From Gammaproteobacteria bacterium (GTDB taxonomy: Bacteria; Pseudomonadota; Gammaproteobacteria; RBG-16-57-12), in assembly GCA_022712945.1 (NCBI GenBank), contig JAFLJP010000104.1, positions 144 to 64,143 of the forward strand: 64,000 nt of DNA. The letters are read 5' to 3'. Below, piece after piece: positions 11,809 through 21,718 of the stretch; the stretch's first letter is position 1; every line of letters begins with the position of its first letter. The translations under genes and the position numbers were made by a program. The notes under the pieces are model-generated. The model was not told the DNA's origin. It saw nothing but the letters and a program-made list of their open reading frames with translations, and did not search any database.

Positions 11809-11974
11809 TTAAGGAATCTCTGATTAAGTGGGGTTAGATTTAGGTTGAGCGGAAATTGTTCTCTTCTGTTTCGAAATGCGCAGTAATAGTTGTTCTATTG
11901 GTGCAATTTTCGGGACAGATGAGGGCAATTTCAGCCAGCATAAAATAATCATGACTTATTTAGAGCTTCCTTAA
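11809..11974. mobile_element. MITE-like element, family A, between msbA and lpxK
   Basis: TTAA-GGAATCTCTGATTAAGT ... ACTTATTTAGAGCTTCC-TTAA with a long internal fold-back; the right TTAA contains the msbA stop codon. Confidence 0.75.
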
Positions 11975-13734
11975 CCATCTAAATCATGAAATTGCAGCTG
12001 GTGCAATTTGGCATAGTAGCCCCGCTGGGCCAGTAGCTCTTTATGGCTGCCACTCTCAACAATATGACCACCATCCATCACCACAATTCTGTCTGCCTGC
12101 TCAATGGTTGAGAGACGGTGGGCAATCACCAGTGTGGTTCGATTACTCATCAAGCGCTCCAGCGCACGCTGTACCAGCCGCTCTGACTCGGTATCCAGCG
12201 CTGAAGTCGCTTCATCCAAAATAAGAATAGGGGCATTTTTCAGCAGTGCACGGGCGATGGCGATACGCTGACGCTGACCACCCGAGAGCAATACACCGTT
12301 TTCACCCACCATGGTATCCAGCCCCAGGGGAAGATCACGAATAAACTCCATGGCATTGGCCGCCTCTGCGGCTTGTTCAATCGCTTCACGACTGGAAGCA
12401 CGCAGTGAACCGTAGGCGATGTTATTGGCAATGGTGTCATTGAACAGGGTGATCTGTTGGGTCACCAATGCGATGTTATCCCGCAAATTCTCCAAACCGT
12501 ACTCTTCAATCGCATGGCCATCAATCAGCACATCACCCGATGAGGCGGGGTAAAAACGGGGCAACAGACTGACGATGGTTGACTTGCCCGAACCAGAGCG
12601 ACCCACAAAGGCGACCGTCTCTCCCGGCTTGGCCACAAAGGAGATATCTTTCAGCACTTGTTTGTCATGGCCCTCATAGTGAAAGCCAACACAGCGATAC
12701 TCTATACCCTGGGTTAAGGGTTCCACTTTCAGCGTCCCCTGATCCTGCTCGGCTGGTGCATCAACCACCTCAAAAACACTTTCACAAGCGGCAATACCAG
12801 CCTGGAGTGAGGCATTGATGCTGGTCAGCCGCTTGAGTGCGGGCATCATCAACATCATCGCCGCCATCAGTGACATGAAGGTACCGACACTTACCTCCTC
12901 CATCATGTCACCGGAGGTGGCAATATAGATAACCGCCGCCAGGGCAAAGGAGGCGATCAGCTGCACCAGTGGTGCATTCATCGCGTTGGCAACCGCCATT
13001 TTCATGTGTTGACGGCGGTTGTACTCCACATTTTCATAGAAACTTTGATACTCATGTTCGTGACCACCAAACACCTTGACCACCCGCTGCCCTTCCACGG
13101 ATTCCTTGGCTGAATGCAACACATCACCCATGGAGTTTTGAATGTTGCGGCTAATCACCCGAAAACGTTTGCTGATCACCGTCACCACCAGCGCAATAAT
13201 CGGCCCGATCACTAAAAATACGGTGGCAAGCTGCCAGTTGAGGTAGAACATCCAGGCCAGCAAGCCGATAACCGTTAGGCTGTCCTTCACCAGTACCGTC
13301 AATACGCCGGTTGATGCGGAATAGATCTGCTCCACATGGTTAATCAACTTTACCGTCAAATGAGATGAAGTTTGGCTATCGAAATAACTGACCGGGAGGC
13401 GCAGGATATGGGAAAACAGCAACATTCGCAGATCACGAATAACATTGCGCCCCACCCAGGTCATGCAGTAACCGGAAATAAAACCGGCGATACCACGCAA
13501 CAGAAAGACGCCGACCAGCAGGAAAGGCATCCACTTGATGATGTCGGGGTCTTTTTCAACAAAACTGCCATCCAGCAGCGGTTTCATCAGTGCCACAAAA
13601 CCGACTTCAGTCGCGGCCATCACCATCATCGTCAGAATGGCTAACAGAAACCCTTTCCAGTAGGGTTTGACATAACCTAATAGACGACGGTAAACACGAA
13701 TCGAGGAGTCTTTTTCATTCGAGCTATCTGTCAT
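11971..13734 (-). CDS. msbA: Lipid A flippase ABC transporter
   Basis: Transmembrane domain plus NBD (GRSGSGKS, LSGGQRQR, ILDEATSALD); upstream of lpxK. Confidence 0.96.
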   Translation of the reverse strand: MTDSSNEKDSSIRVYRRLLGYVKPYWKGFLLAILTMMVMAATEVGFVALMKPLLDGSFVEKDPDIIKWMPFLLVGVFLLRGIAGFISGYCMTWVGRNVIRDLRMLLFSHILRLPVSYFDSQTSSHLTVKLINHVEQIYSASTGVLTVLVKDSLTVIGLLAWMFYLNWQLATVFLVIGPIIALVVTVISKRFRVISRNIQNSMGDVLHSAKESVEGQRVVKVFGGHEHEYQSFYENVEYNRRQHMKMAVANAMNAPLVQLIASFALAAVIYIATSGDMMEEVSVGTFMSLMAAMMLMMPALKRLTSINASLQAGIAACESVFEVVDAPAEQDQGTLKVEPLTQGIEYRCVGFHYEGHDKQVLKDISFVAKPGETVAFVGRSGSGKSTIVSLLPRFYPASSGDVLIDGHAIEEYGLENLRDNIALVTQQITLFNDTIANNIAYGSLRASSREAIEQAAEAANAMEFIRDLPLGLDTMVGENGVLLSGGQRQRIAIARALLKNAPILILDEATSALDTESERLVQRALERLMSNRTTLVIAHRLSTIEQADRIVVMDGGHIVESGSHKELLAQRGYYAKLHQLQFHDLDG

Positions 13735-13735
13735 A

Positions 13736-13877
13736 GTAACTACTCAGCGTATTCATCTTTTGTCCCAACTCTTCATTATTTTTGTACTCAATCGGTCGCA
13801 TATATTCAATTATGCTCCCTCTTTCCGTGCAAAAACGCCTCGATTTGAGGCAAAATATAAACACGCTGAATAGCTAC
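13736..13877. mobile_element. MITE-like element, family B, between exbD and msbA
   Basis: TIRs GTAACTACTCAGCGT ... ACGCTGAATAGCTAC; near full-length inverted copy at 36032-36169. Confidence 0.8.
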
Positions 13878-14293
13878 TTATTTTCATCTTGAATGGTAGC
13901 AAAACCGAGCCGACCAAAACCGAGCTGACGACTGGCGTCCATTGCCATGATAACCGCCTGGTGAGGGGTCATTGCATCTGCCTTCACAATGATAAGGGGG
14001 TCTTTTTCATCACCCGCAACCTCTTTTATTGCACGTTTCAAGGTAGCCAACTGAGTATTCACCAGCGGGCGACTATTAACAAAGAACTGCCCTTCGGCAT
14101 TGATGGTGATGTCGATGCTGTCAGCCTTTAACACCCTGGGCTCTTCGGAGGCTGTCGGCAGGCGAATACTGATCTCTGACTGATCCTGAAAGGTGGTGGA
14201 GACCATGAAGAAGATCAGCAGCAAAAAAACCACATCAATCAGTGGAGTCAGATTAACATCAACCTCTTCACTTTTTTGCGGGCGAAAATTCAC
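13874..14293 (-). CDS. exbD: ExbD/TolR family biopolymer transport protein
   Basis: NLTPLIDVVFLLLIFFMV motif. Confidence 0.92.
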   Translation of the reverse strand: MNFRPQKSEEVDVNLTPLIDVVFLLLIFFMVSTTFQDQSEISIRLPTASEEPRVLKADSIDITINAEGQFFVNSRPLVNTQLATLKRAIKEVAGDEKDPLIIVKADAMTPHQAVIMAMDASRQLGFGRLGFATIQDENK

Positions 14294-14910
14294 GACTTCG
14301 AAGCCTCGCGCTCGCCATGAATCACTTCAACCAGCTTGATTGACTCCTGTTCCATCTCAACCACCAGCGCATCGATCTTGCCACGGAAATAGCGGTAAAA
14401 AATCAGTGTTGGAATCGCCACCGACAGACCTGCTGCCGTGGTGATTAGCGCCTCTGAAATACCCCCAGCCAGTACATTGGGGTCACCCACCCCCTCTTGC
14501 AGAATCGCATTGAATACCTTGATCATGCCGATAACCGTCCCCAACAGACCGAGCAGCGGTGTAATGGATGCGATGGTACCGAGAGTTGTCAGGTAGCGCT
14601 CCAGCGAATGGGCCACGTGACGCCCAGTCTCTTCAATACTCTCTTTCATCACCTCGCGGCTGTGCTCCATATTCACCAAGCCTGCCGCCAGAACAGCGCC
14701 CAGTGCCGACGATTTACGCAGTGTAGTCACTTTTTCAGCCGTCAGCTGTTTGGACTTTTTCCAGCCCCAAATCTTCGCGACCAGATGTTCCGGAATAATA
14801 CGACTCTTGCGCAGTGTCCATAAACGTTCGCCAATGAGCGACATCGCCAATACCGAGCACAGCATGATTGGCCACATCAACCAACCACCCGATTTGATAA
14901 TTTCCAGCAC
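14290..14910 (-). CDS. exbB: MotA/TolQ/ExbB proton channel protein
   Basis: PLLGLLGTVIGMI, GISEALITTAAGL; GTG start at 14910 with AGGAGA RBS. Confidence 0.9.
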   Translation of the reverse strand: MLEIIKSGGWLMWPIMLCSVLAMSLIGERLWTLRKSRIIPEHLVAKIWGWKKSKQLTAEKVTTLRKSSALGAVLAAGLVNMEHSREVMKESIEETGRHVAHSLERYLTTLGTIASITPLLGLLGTVIGMIKVFNAILQEGVGDPNVLAGGISEALITTAAGLSVAIPTLIFYRYFRGKIDALVVEMEQESIKLVEVIHGEREASKS

Positions 14911-14963
14911 GTAACACTCTCCTAACAGCGATAAGTTTAACCATTTGCAATCATTGCGATTTT

Positions 14964-17258
14964 TCAGCGGCGATGCCACAAGCGCCTCATGCGCACTCGA
15001 AACTCTTCTGGGGCAAGGATACCCTGTTGCGGCAAAATCTTAAACCGTATCGCACCACTCTCGGCACTATTTAACTGTTTTATCTGCTGGTCGGCAAAGC
15101 GCTGCACCACCTCTGAATGGGGAAACCGATAGCGGTTACGGTAACCACTGGCATAAATCACATATTGAGGTGCAACAGAGTTGATAAAATCAGCAGATGA
15201 AGAGCTGTTGCTGCCGTGGTGCCCTGCCACCAATATGTCGCTCGCCAACCCATCACCATACTGTTTGACCAATAGCGACTCAACCGGCCGTTCAATATCA
15301 CCGGGGATCAACACCGAGCCCCCTGCCGATTGAATCTGTAACAGACATGAACGGTTATTATCTGCTCGCCATTTCAATGGGTCTTCAGGGTGAAGGAGTG
15401 AGAACTGAACCTCATCCCACTGCCATTGATAACCCGCCCGACAGGTTTGATGGCGCTCCCCCTTGAAACATTCAATATCAGGTGTTAATAATTGATCCAC
15501 AGTAACGCCTCTCAACAGCGTATCGGCACCACCGGAGTGATCCCGGTCATCATGACTGATCACCAGCCGGTCAATACGAGATATTCCCCGTGAACGCAGG
15601 TAAGGCAGCAACACCATTTTGGCACTATCCATCCGCCCCCAAGCAAACCCGGTATCGTAAATCAAGGTGTGATTGGCCGTTTCAACCACCACAGATAACC
15701 CCTGCCCCACATCCAGCACCGTGACCCAAATCTCGCCAACATTGGGTCTTGGTGGCGAGATCAGCAAGATCGGTGCAATCCAGAGCAGGCCGACCCAACG
15801 CCCCGGCCAACCCCGGGGTGCTAACAGCAAAAGCACACCAATCAACGCACAAAACAGCGTCCATAACGGTGGTTGCTGCTGAATCCACTGTGCAGCGGGC
15901 CAGTTTGCAATCGCCCCTAATATCGGCCACAACCATTGAAAGAGTTGATCAACAACCAGAAGCAGCCAACCACTCAATACCATATAAAATGGCATCAACA
16001 GTGCGGCCAACAGTACCAACGGCACCACCAACAGGCCCACCACCGGCACGGCAATGAAATTGGCAATAAAGGTATAAACAGGGGCCTGTTGGAATGCAAA
16101 CAGCAACAAGGGGGCCAAGCCGATGCCGATAATCCAATGCACCCGGGCAAAACGCCAGCCTAAACTACGGGTATGGGAGCGGCCACCCATGCTGTAAAGA
16201 ATGATCGCAACCGCAGCAAAAGAGAGCCAGAAGCCCATTGAGAGGGTCGAAAAGGGGTCGATCAGCAGCACCAGCAACCACGCCAGCGCCAATACCGGCG
16301 CGGCTCTCATCTGCCGCTGTAGTAACACGCCACCCAGCGCCACCGTCAACATAATCAGCGCCCGCTGGGTTGGAATCGAAAAACCGGCCATTGCAGCATA
16401 AAACAGTGCCGCCATCAGCCCGGCCACCGCCCCCGCTTTTTTTGCAGGCAACAACAGACAGAGGGTGGCCGAAAAACGCCACAACCTGCTGACGATCAAG
16501 ATGACCATACCCGCCACCAACCCCACATGCAGCCCGGAAATCGCCATCAAATGGTTGGTGCCGGTTGCGGTGAGTACCTGCCACTGCGACTCGCTCATCT
16601 GCTGTCGAAGGCCAATTGAGAGCGCTTTTATCATGCCGGTAAATTCACTCTCAGGGAGTGCCCGGTCGATACCTTTACTCAAGCCGTGGCGATGGCGATC
16701 AACCCAATGCCCACTACTGCGGGTTAAACGTTGATTGGCACCCCGATCATTTTTTCCATTGCGCACATACCCTTTGGCGCGTATCCGCTGATGAAACAGC
16801 CACCCTTCATAATCGAAGCCACCGGGGTTCATAAAGCCGTTGGGTTTTTTCAAACGCACCTTAAGCTGCCAGCGCTCACCTATTTGTAATTCAGGCACCC
16901 GGCCATACCAATTAAGCTGAACCCGGCCCAATGGCCTGGCAATTTCTGAGTGTGGATCAACCGAAAATAGAAAACGCACTCCACGTTCACGCTGTTCAGG
17001 GATCGAAACAATTTCACCACTGAGCAGCAGATCCTGCCCCTCATACTGCTCATCAATGCCTTGTTGCAGTAACCACCAGCCGTGCCCCGCACACCACAAC
17101 ATGCCCAACATCACCCAAAGCGGCCATTGCAAGGCTCTACACCACTTTAGCGCCAACAACATCACCGCAAATAACAACAACCAATGCCACGATGGAAGCT
17201 GAGAAAAGTGCTGTAAAATTAAAATACCTAAAGAAAAACAGGCAATCCGTGCCAACAT
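14964..17258 (-). CDS. comEC: DNA internalization competence protein ComEC/Rec2
   Basis: NPGGFDY, TGTNHLMAISGLHVG, LDVGQG, SHDDRDHSGG, HHGS. Confidence 0.95.
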   Translation of the reverse strand: MLARIACFSLGILILQHFSQLPSWHWLLLFAVMLLALKWCRALQWPLWVMLGMLWCAGHGWWLLQQGIDEQYEGQDLLLSGEIVSIPEQRERGVRFLFSVDPHSEIARPLGRVQLNWYGRVPELQIGERWQLKVRLKKPNGFMNPGGFDYEGWLFHQRIRAKGYVRNGKNDRGANQRLTRSSGHWVDRHRHGLSKGIDRALPESEFTGMIKALSIGLRQQMSESQWQVLTATGTNHLMAISGLHVGLVAGMVILIVSRLWRFSATLCLLLPAKKAGAVAGLMAALFYAAMAGFSIPTQRALIMLTVALGGVLLQRQMRAAPVLALAWLLVLLIDPFSTLSMGFWLSFAAVAIILYSMGGRSHTRSLGWRFARVHWIIGIGLAPLLLFAFQQAPVYTFIANFIAVPVVGLLVVPLVLLAALLMPFYMVLSGWLLLVVDQLFQWLWPILGAIANWPAAQWIQQQPPLWTLFCALIGVLLLLAPRGWPGRWVGLLWIAPILLISPPRPNVGEIWVTVLDVGQGLSVVVETANHTLIYDTGFAWGRMDSAKMVLLPYLRSRGISRIDRLVISHDDRDHSGGADTLLRGVTVDQLLTPDIECFKGERHQTCRAGYQWQWDEVQFSLLHPEDPLKWRADNNRSCLLQIQSAGGSVLIPGDIERPVESLLVKQYGDGLASDILVAGHHGSNSSSSADFINSVAPQYVIYASGYRNRYRFPHSEVVQRFADQQIKQLNSAESGAIRFKILPQQGILAPEEFRVRMRRLWHRR

Positions 17259-17324
17259 GGTTTCGATCCATCAAAAAATATGGATAATAGGCTAGCATTA
17301 TTATCCACAAAAAACGTAAGCAGG

Positions 17325-17855
17325 ATGCCCCGGAAATTTATCAAACGGCTGTTACCCCATCATTCTGAAGTCAAGGAGCATAAGTACCTTAAGCACCTTG
17401 GCCAGCATCTACACGACCCTAACATCTGGCATTTAAACCGTCACTCAGTCTCCAAAGCGGTGGCGGTTGGTCTGTTCGTTATGTACATTCCGCTACCGTT
17501 GCAAATGCTGTTAGCAGCCGTTATCGCCATCTGGCTGCGGGTTAATCTACCAATTGCCGTAGCGGTTGTCTGGATAAGTAACCCGTTCACCATGCCGGCC
17601 ATGTTTTACGCTGCCTATCGACTGGGTGCCTGGATTATGGGAATACCGCCACAAAATCTTGAGTTTGAAATTTCATTCGAGTGGCTCGCCCAGAGCCTGA
17701 GCGGCGTGATGGAGCCCTTTTTTCTGGGCTGTTTTTTAACTGGGACGGTACTGGCTATCCTGGGTTATTTTACCACCCAGCTGTTTTGGCGAATCATGGT
17801 TATGCGCAGTATCAACAAACGAAAAGAGCGCAACGCCAACACACCAAAAAATTAA
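17325..17855 (+). CDS. DUF2062 membrane protein
   Basis: MPRKFIKR, WHLNRHSV, NLPIAV..VWISNPFT; commonly found next to comEC. Confidence 0.85.
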   Translation: MPRKFIKRLLPHHSEVKEHKYLKHLGQHLHDPNIWHLNRHSVSKAVAVGLFVMYIPLPLQMLLAAVIAIWLRVNLPIAVAVVWISNPFTMPAMFYAAYRLGAWIMGIPPQNLEFEISFEWLAQSLSGVMEPFFLGCFLTGTVLAILGYFTTQLFWRIMVMRSINKRKERNANTPKN

Positions 17856-17921
17856 CTGACATTTACCAACAACCGACCATTCGAATCTCTCACCTCAAAC
17901 AGCCGGTTTTAGGCAACTTTC

Positions 17922-18566
17922 TCACAACGCTTTACGCGCTTTATCCAATGCCAACTTAATCTCTGTTTTGCGCCCTTGATCGGCAAGTGGACGCTCTGCA
18001 CGTGCGGGGGCCTGAATCGCCTTCTCCAGCACTTTAACCGCCTCAGCATACTCACCCTCTTCAATCAGGAAATCGCCGTAAAAATAGTTGGCATCCATCC
18101 CATCAGGGTTGATAGACAGCGCTTTTTGCAGGTACTCCAGTGCCTTATCATCATCACCAAAGCCGATCGGCCATCCCGGCACTTGGTAGTAGAGGCTGCC
18201 TAACGAAGTGTAGATCGACCCCTGTAACGCCTCTGCATCTAACTGCTCTGCCTGTTCCAGAAGCATTTTAGCCTCTTTTACCAGACTCAGTGCACCCAGC
18301 CCCCCTTTTTCGCCAGCGTAGGTACTGAGAATAATTGCCCGCCAGATTAATATTTCAGCACTGTCGGGGTGCGCGTCAACCACTCGTTCTGATTCATCTG
18401 CCAGCGCTTTGAATGCCTCTTCACGCTGATCTTCAGAGGTCTGGTATTTGGCGACTGCCCACTGCTTTTGCAGGGCTTTGTACTCCCCTCCATCAGTAGC
18501 GGCAACCACTCCGTTGCTGAGTAACAATAGGCTCAGAATAAACAGGGTAAATCCAACGATATGCAT
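17922..18566 (-). CDS. Exported TPR-repeat protein
   Basis: Signal peptide; GSIYTSLGSLYYQVPGWPIGFGD, INPDGMDANYFYG; last gene of the five-gene operon. Confidence 0.8.
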   Translation of the reverse strand: MHIVGFTLFILSLLLLSNGVVAATDGGEYKALQKQWAVAKYQTSEDQREEAFKALADESERVVDAHPDSAEILIWRAIILSTYAGEKGGLGALSLVKEAKMLLEQAEQLDAEALQGSIYTSLGSLYYQVPGWPIGFGDDDKALEYLQKALSINPDGMDANYFYGDFLIEEGEYAEAVKVLEKAIQAPARAERPLADQGRKTEIKLALDKARKAL

Positions 18567-18586
18567 GATTTTTTCTCCTTTAAATA

Positions 18587-19393
18587 TTACGAATGTTTGG
18601 CGGCAAAGCGCGCCATGATCTGATTTTGTTTATGCAGTGCCGCATCGACCAAAGTAGGAAACAGGCTGTTGATGCGTACAAACAGACTTTCGGGAAAACC
18701 GAGATAAACATTGGCTTTACCTTTGATAATCGCCTTCACAATCGCCTCGGCAACTTGCTCGGGCGGGTCCATCTGCATCTTGGTCGCCTTCGCCATCTGA
18801 TAGACGGCATCGCTGTTTGCCCCGGTACGGGTGGCCCGGGGGGCGATATACTGCACCTCTACACCACTGCACTTAATTTCACGGCGCAGCGCTTCAGAAA
18901 ACCCCCTCAGTGCAAACTTGCTGCTGGAGTAGGTGGTAAAATAGGCGAAACCGATACTGCCGAAAACCGAGCCGATATTCACCACGTTCCCCGACTGCTG
19001 CTCTAACATGCCCGGCAGCAGTGCACGGGTTAACAACACCGGGGCAATCAGGTTGGTGCGGTAGATCTGCTCTACCATTGCTGGGTCCTGTTCACTAAAT
19101 TCAGTAAAATCGACTACTCCAGCATTGTTAATCAATAGATCAATCCCGCCCATGGTGCGTTGCAGCTCACTCACCAGCTCTTCCCGTGATCCGCTGTCGG
19201 TCAGATCTGCCGCATAAATTAACGGTATTATCCCCACCTCCTCACTGATCTGTTGCTGTACTTTTTGCAACGCCGCCATGCGACGACCGACCAGCATCAA
19301 TTTTGCGCCGCGTTTAGCCAACGCCAGCGCCAGACACGCGCCAATCCCACCACTGGCTCCGGTAACCAGCGTCTTGCAATGTTCAATACGCAT
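18587..19393 (-). CDS. Short-chain dehydrogenase/reductase
   Basis: TGASGGIG, NNAG, YSSSK catalytic motif. Confidence 0.92.
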   Translation of the reverse strand: MRIEHCKTLVTGASGGIGACLALALAKRGAKLMLVGRRMAALQKVQQQISEEVGIIPLIYAADLTDSGSREELVSELQRTMGGIDLLINNAGVVDFTEFSEQDPAMVEQIYRTNLIAPVLLTRALLPGMLEQQSGNVVNIGSVFGSIGFAYFTTYSSSKFALRGFSEALRREIKCSGVEVQYIAPRATRTGANSDAVYQMAKATKMQMDPPEQVAEAIVKAIIKGKANVYLGFPESLFVRINSLFPTLVDAALHKQNQIMARFAAKHS

Positions 19394-19411
19394 GAGTTAA
19401 CTCCTCTCTGT

Positions 19412-20062
19412 CTATTGGGTTGGTAGCGAACGAAAAATATCGCCATAGAGACGAAACATCACCTTCGCACAGTGAATAATCGCCTGTTGGTCCTCTTCCT
19501 GCGTCACTCGGTTCATCAACCCCTCGTAAAAATCGATATGTTCCAGATCCAGGGTGCCGTGGGAGGTCAGGTAACTGAAAGCAGCATCGGGTAGTGCTAG
19601 GCTCTCCTGAATCGCTTTGGCCGCCCCGGTCGCCAGCTGCACACTGGTTCCTTCCAGCACCAGCACCATGCCGAAGAAACTGATCGGGTTATTCCGTTGA
19701 ATGGTGTCGTAGGCATAGCTCACCATCAATTCGGTGGCTAAACGGGGTTGACCATGGCGGACCGCCTCGGCATCACCACCACACGCCTTGATATCATTGA
19801 GTATCCACTCGTCGTGACCTATCTCTTCCTCAATGTACTCTGCTACTGCATTTCGCAACCAATCCGCTTCCATCGGCAGACGTGCACCACAGGCCATCAA
19901 CAGTGGCACGGTATGTTTCACATGGTGGTAGGCCTCCTCCAAAAAGGCGATATATTGATTTAGCGAAATATCGCCCTCTGCTCCCGCTTGAAGAATCGAG
20001 GTAGAGAGTAGTTCATTGCGTGCCTCTTCTGTTGTCGCCACTAACTGCTGAAAAAATGTCAT
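19412..20062 (-). CDS. Heme-oxygenase-like di-iron enzyme (CADD/PqqC/TenA-like fold)
   Basis: EAYHHVKH, EEEIGH, VLEG, HGTLDLEH pattern of metal ligands. Confidence 0.82.
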   Translation of the reverse strand: MTFFQQLVATTEEARNELLSTSILQAGAEGDISLNQYIAFLEEAYHHVKHTVPLLMACGARLPMEADWLRNAVAEYIEEEIGHDEWILNDIKACGGDAEAVRHGQPRLATELMVSYAYDTIQRNNPISFFGMVLVLEGTSVQLATGAAKAIQESLALPDAAFSYLTSHGTLDLEHIDFYEGLMNRVTQEEDQQAIIHCAKVMFRLYGDIFRSLPTQ

Positions 20063-21543
20063 GATGCCTCCTTGGGCACAGCGCCTGCTGTTTGGTAATA
20101 AGATTCAATCGTTGTTTGATACTGTTGCCAAATGGCTTCACGTCGCAACCGGCCTGTCGCGGTCAGTTGTTGGTTGGAGAGAGAGAAGGCGATGTTGACA
20201 CAGAGCCACTCCCCTATCTGTGCATAGTCAGGCAGTCGTTGGTTGGCCCAATCCACCGCCTGCTCTATCTCGGCATGGCTCTGATCACCCCGGGGCACAA
20301 TCAGCGCCACATTAAACGGTCGCGCTTCACCAAACACGGCGGCCTGGGCAATAGCTGGGTGAATGGTCAATTCGCGTTCCACCCACTCAGGTGCCACATT
20401 GCGGCCAAAGGCGGTGATAAAAATATTCTTTTTGCGTCCGGTTAAATGGAGAAATCCCTGTTGATCCAGGTAGCCCAAATCACCACTGGCGTACCACTGC
20501 TGCGTCTGTTCTGGTTGGTTTAGGTAACCGGAAAACAGATTGCCACCAATCAATATTTCACCCTCGTCAGAAAAACGGAGCTGAATATGGGGCAGCGGCT
20601 TACCCACACTACCCAGGCATTGACTTTGAGGTGTGTTCAGCGCCACAACCGAGCCGCACTCGGAGAGACCATACCCCTCATAAACGGGCAGATTGAGTGC
20701 CGCGGCACGGGTCAATAGAGTATCGGAAACCGGTGCGCCGCCCACCGCAATAAAACGCAGTGAATCTGGTACGCGGTGGCCTATCTCCAGATAGCTCACC
20801 AGTGCCTGGAGCATTTGTGGCAATAAAATCAGACTGGTTGGCTGAGTTTGACAGATGGTTTGGTGCATTTGTGCCACATCTAGGCCTGCGGCTCCCTGCA
20901 TCCCACACGCTTTTAGTGATGGAATAGTGACCCGCCCACCCTCCAGCAGTGGTGCATACAGCCCACCAACATTTTCCAGCAATACCGCCAATGGCAACAG
21001 AGAGAGGTGGTGATCAGCACTATTTACTGCCAATGCCCCGGCAAGAGCAGTAGCCACCCGGTGCAGGTTTTTTTGTGTTAAACAGACGCCTTTAGGGTGA
21101 CCGGTGGTGCCGGAGGTGTAGGTTATTGTGCTCACTTCAGCCATTGGCTCCCCTGCAGGGCTTATTTGCACCAGAGCCAGTGTGAGGCCTACCACACTGA
21201 GTAGTTCAGTGGTCGCATCTTGCCACTTCAATAGATCACAATCATCCACCAGCAGATGATCAATCTGCGCATCTTTAAGGGTGTGTTCGATCTGTTGGCG
21301 GGAGAAAAACGGGGGAATCGGAATCAGCGTAATACCGGCTAGCTGACTGGCCAGATCAACCACTGCCCAGGCGGGGTGGTTATCCATTAGCAGACCCAGG
21401 CGAACCACACGCTGCGCTCGAAGCTGCTCTGCCAGATGTTCAACCGCCCGCACCAGAGCCGCATAGTCCAAATTAATATCCGCTGACTCCAGAGCAATCG
21501 CCTGTGGTCGAATCAGCGCCTGCTGTTGAATGAGATCAAACAT
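20059..21543 (-). CDS. AMP-binding acyl-CoA ligase-like enzyme
   Basis: YTSGTTGHPKG, YEGYGLSE, ASGDLG, GRKKN. Confidence 0.9.
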   Translation of the reverse strand: MFDLIQQQALIRPQAIALESADINLDYAALVRAVEHLAEQLRAQRVVRLGLLMDNHPAWAVVDLASQLAGITLIPIPPFFSRQQIEHTLKDAQIDHLLVDDCDLLKWQDATTELLSVVGLTLALVQISPAGEPMAEVSTITYTSGTTGHPKGVCLTQKNLHRVATALAGALAVNSADHHLSLLPLAVLLENVGGLYAPLLEGGRVTIPSLKACGMQGAAGLDVAQMHQTICQTQPTSLILLPQMLQALVSYLEIGHRVPDSLRFIAVGGAPVSDTLLTRAAALNLPVYEGYGLSECGSVVALNTPQSQCLGSVGKPLPHIQLRFSDEGEILIGGNLFSGYLNQPEQTQQWYASGDLGYLDQQGFLHLTGRKKNIFITAFGRNVAPEWVERELTIHPAIAQAAVFGEARPFNVALIVPRGDQSHAEIEQAVDWANQRLPDYAQIGEWLCVNIAFSLSNQQLTATGRLRREAIWQQYQTTIESYYQTAGAVPKEAS

Positions 21544-21552
21544 GCCAGGCTC

Positions 21553-21718
21553 CTAGGGGGCTGTCCGAGAATGAAAGTCGTAGCGAGGGAAAGCCATTTT
21601 GAGTCAAATTTTTCGTAAATTTGAGGCGAATAGTCGCTCTATTCAACAAGAATTTACGGAGAATATGGCCAAAATGGATTTTCCGCAGTAGGCTTTTCAT
21701 TCTCGGACAGCCTCCTAG
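21553..21718. mobile_element. MITE-like element, family C (CTAG-flanked)
   Basis: CTAG-GGGGCTGTCCGAGAATGAAA ... TTTCATTCTCGGACAGCCTC-CTAG; homologous copy at 47473-47639. Confidence 0.85.
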
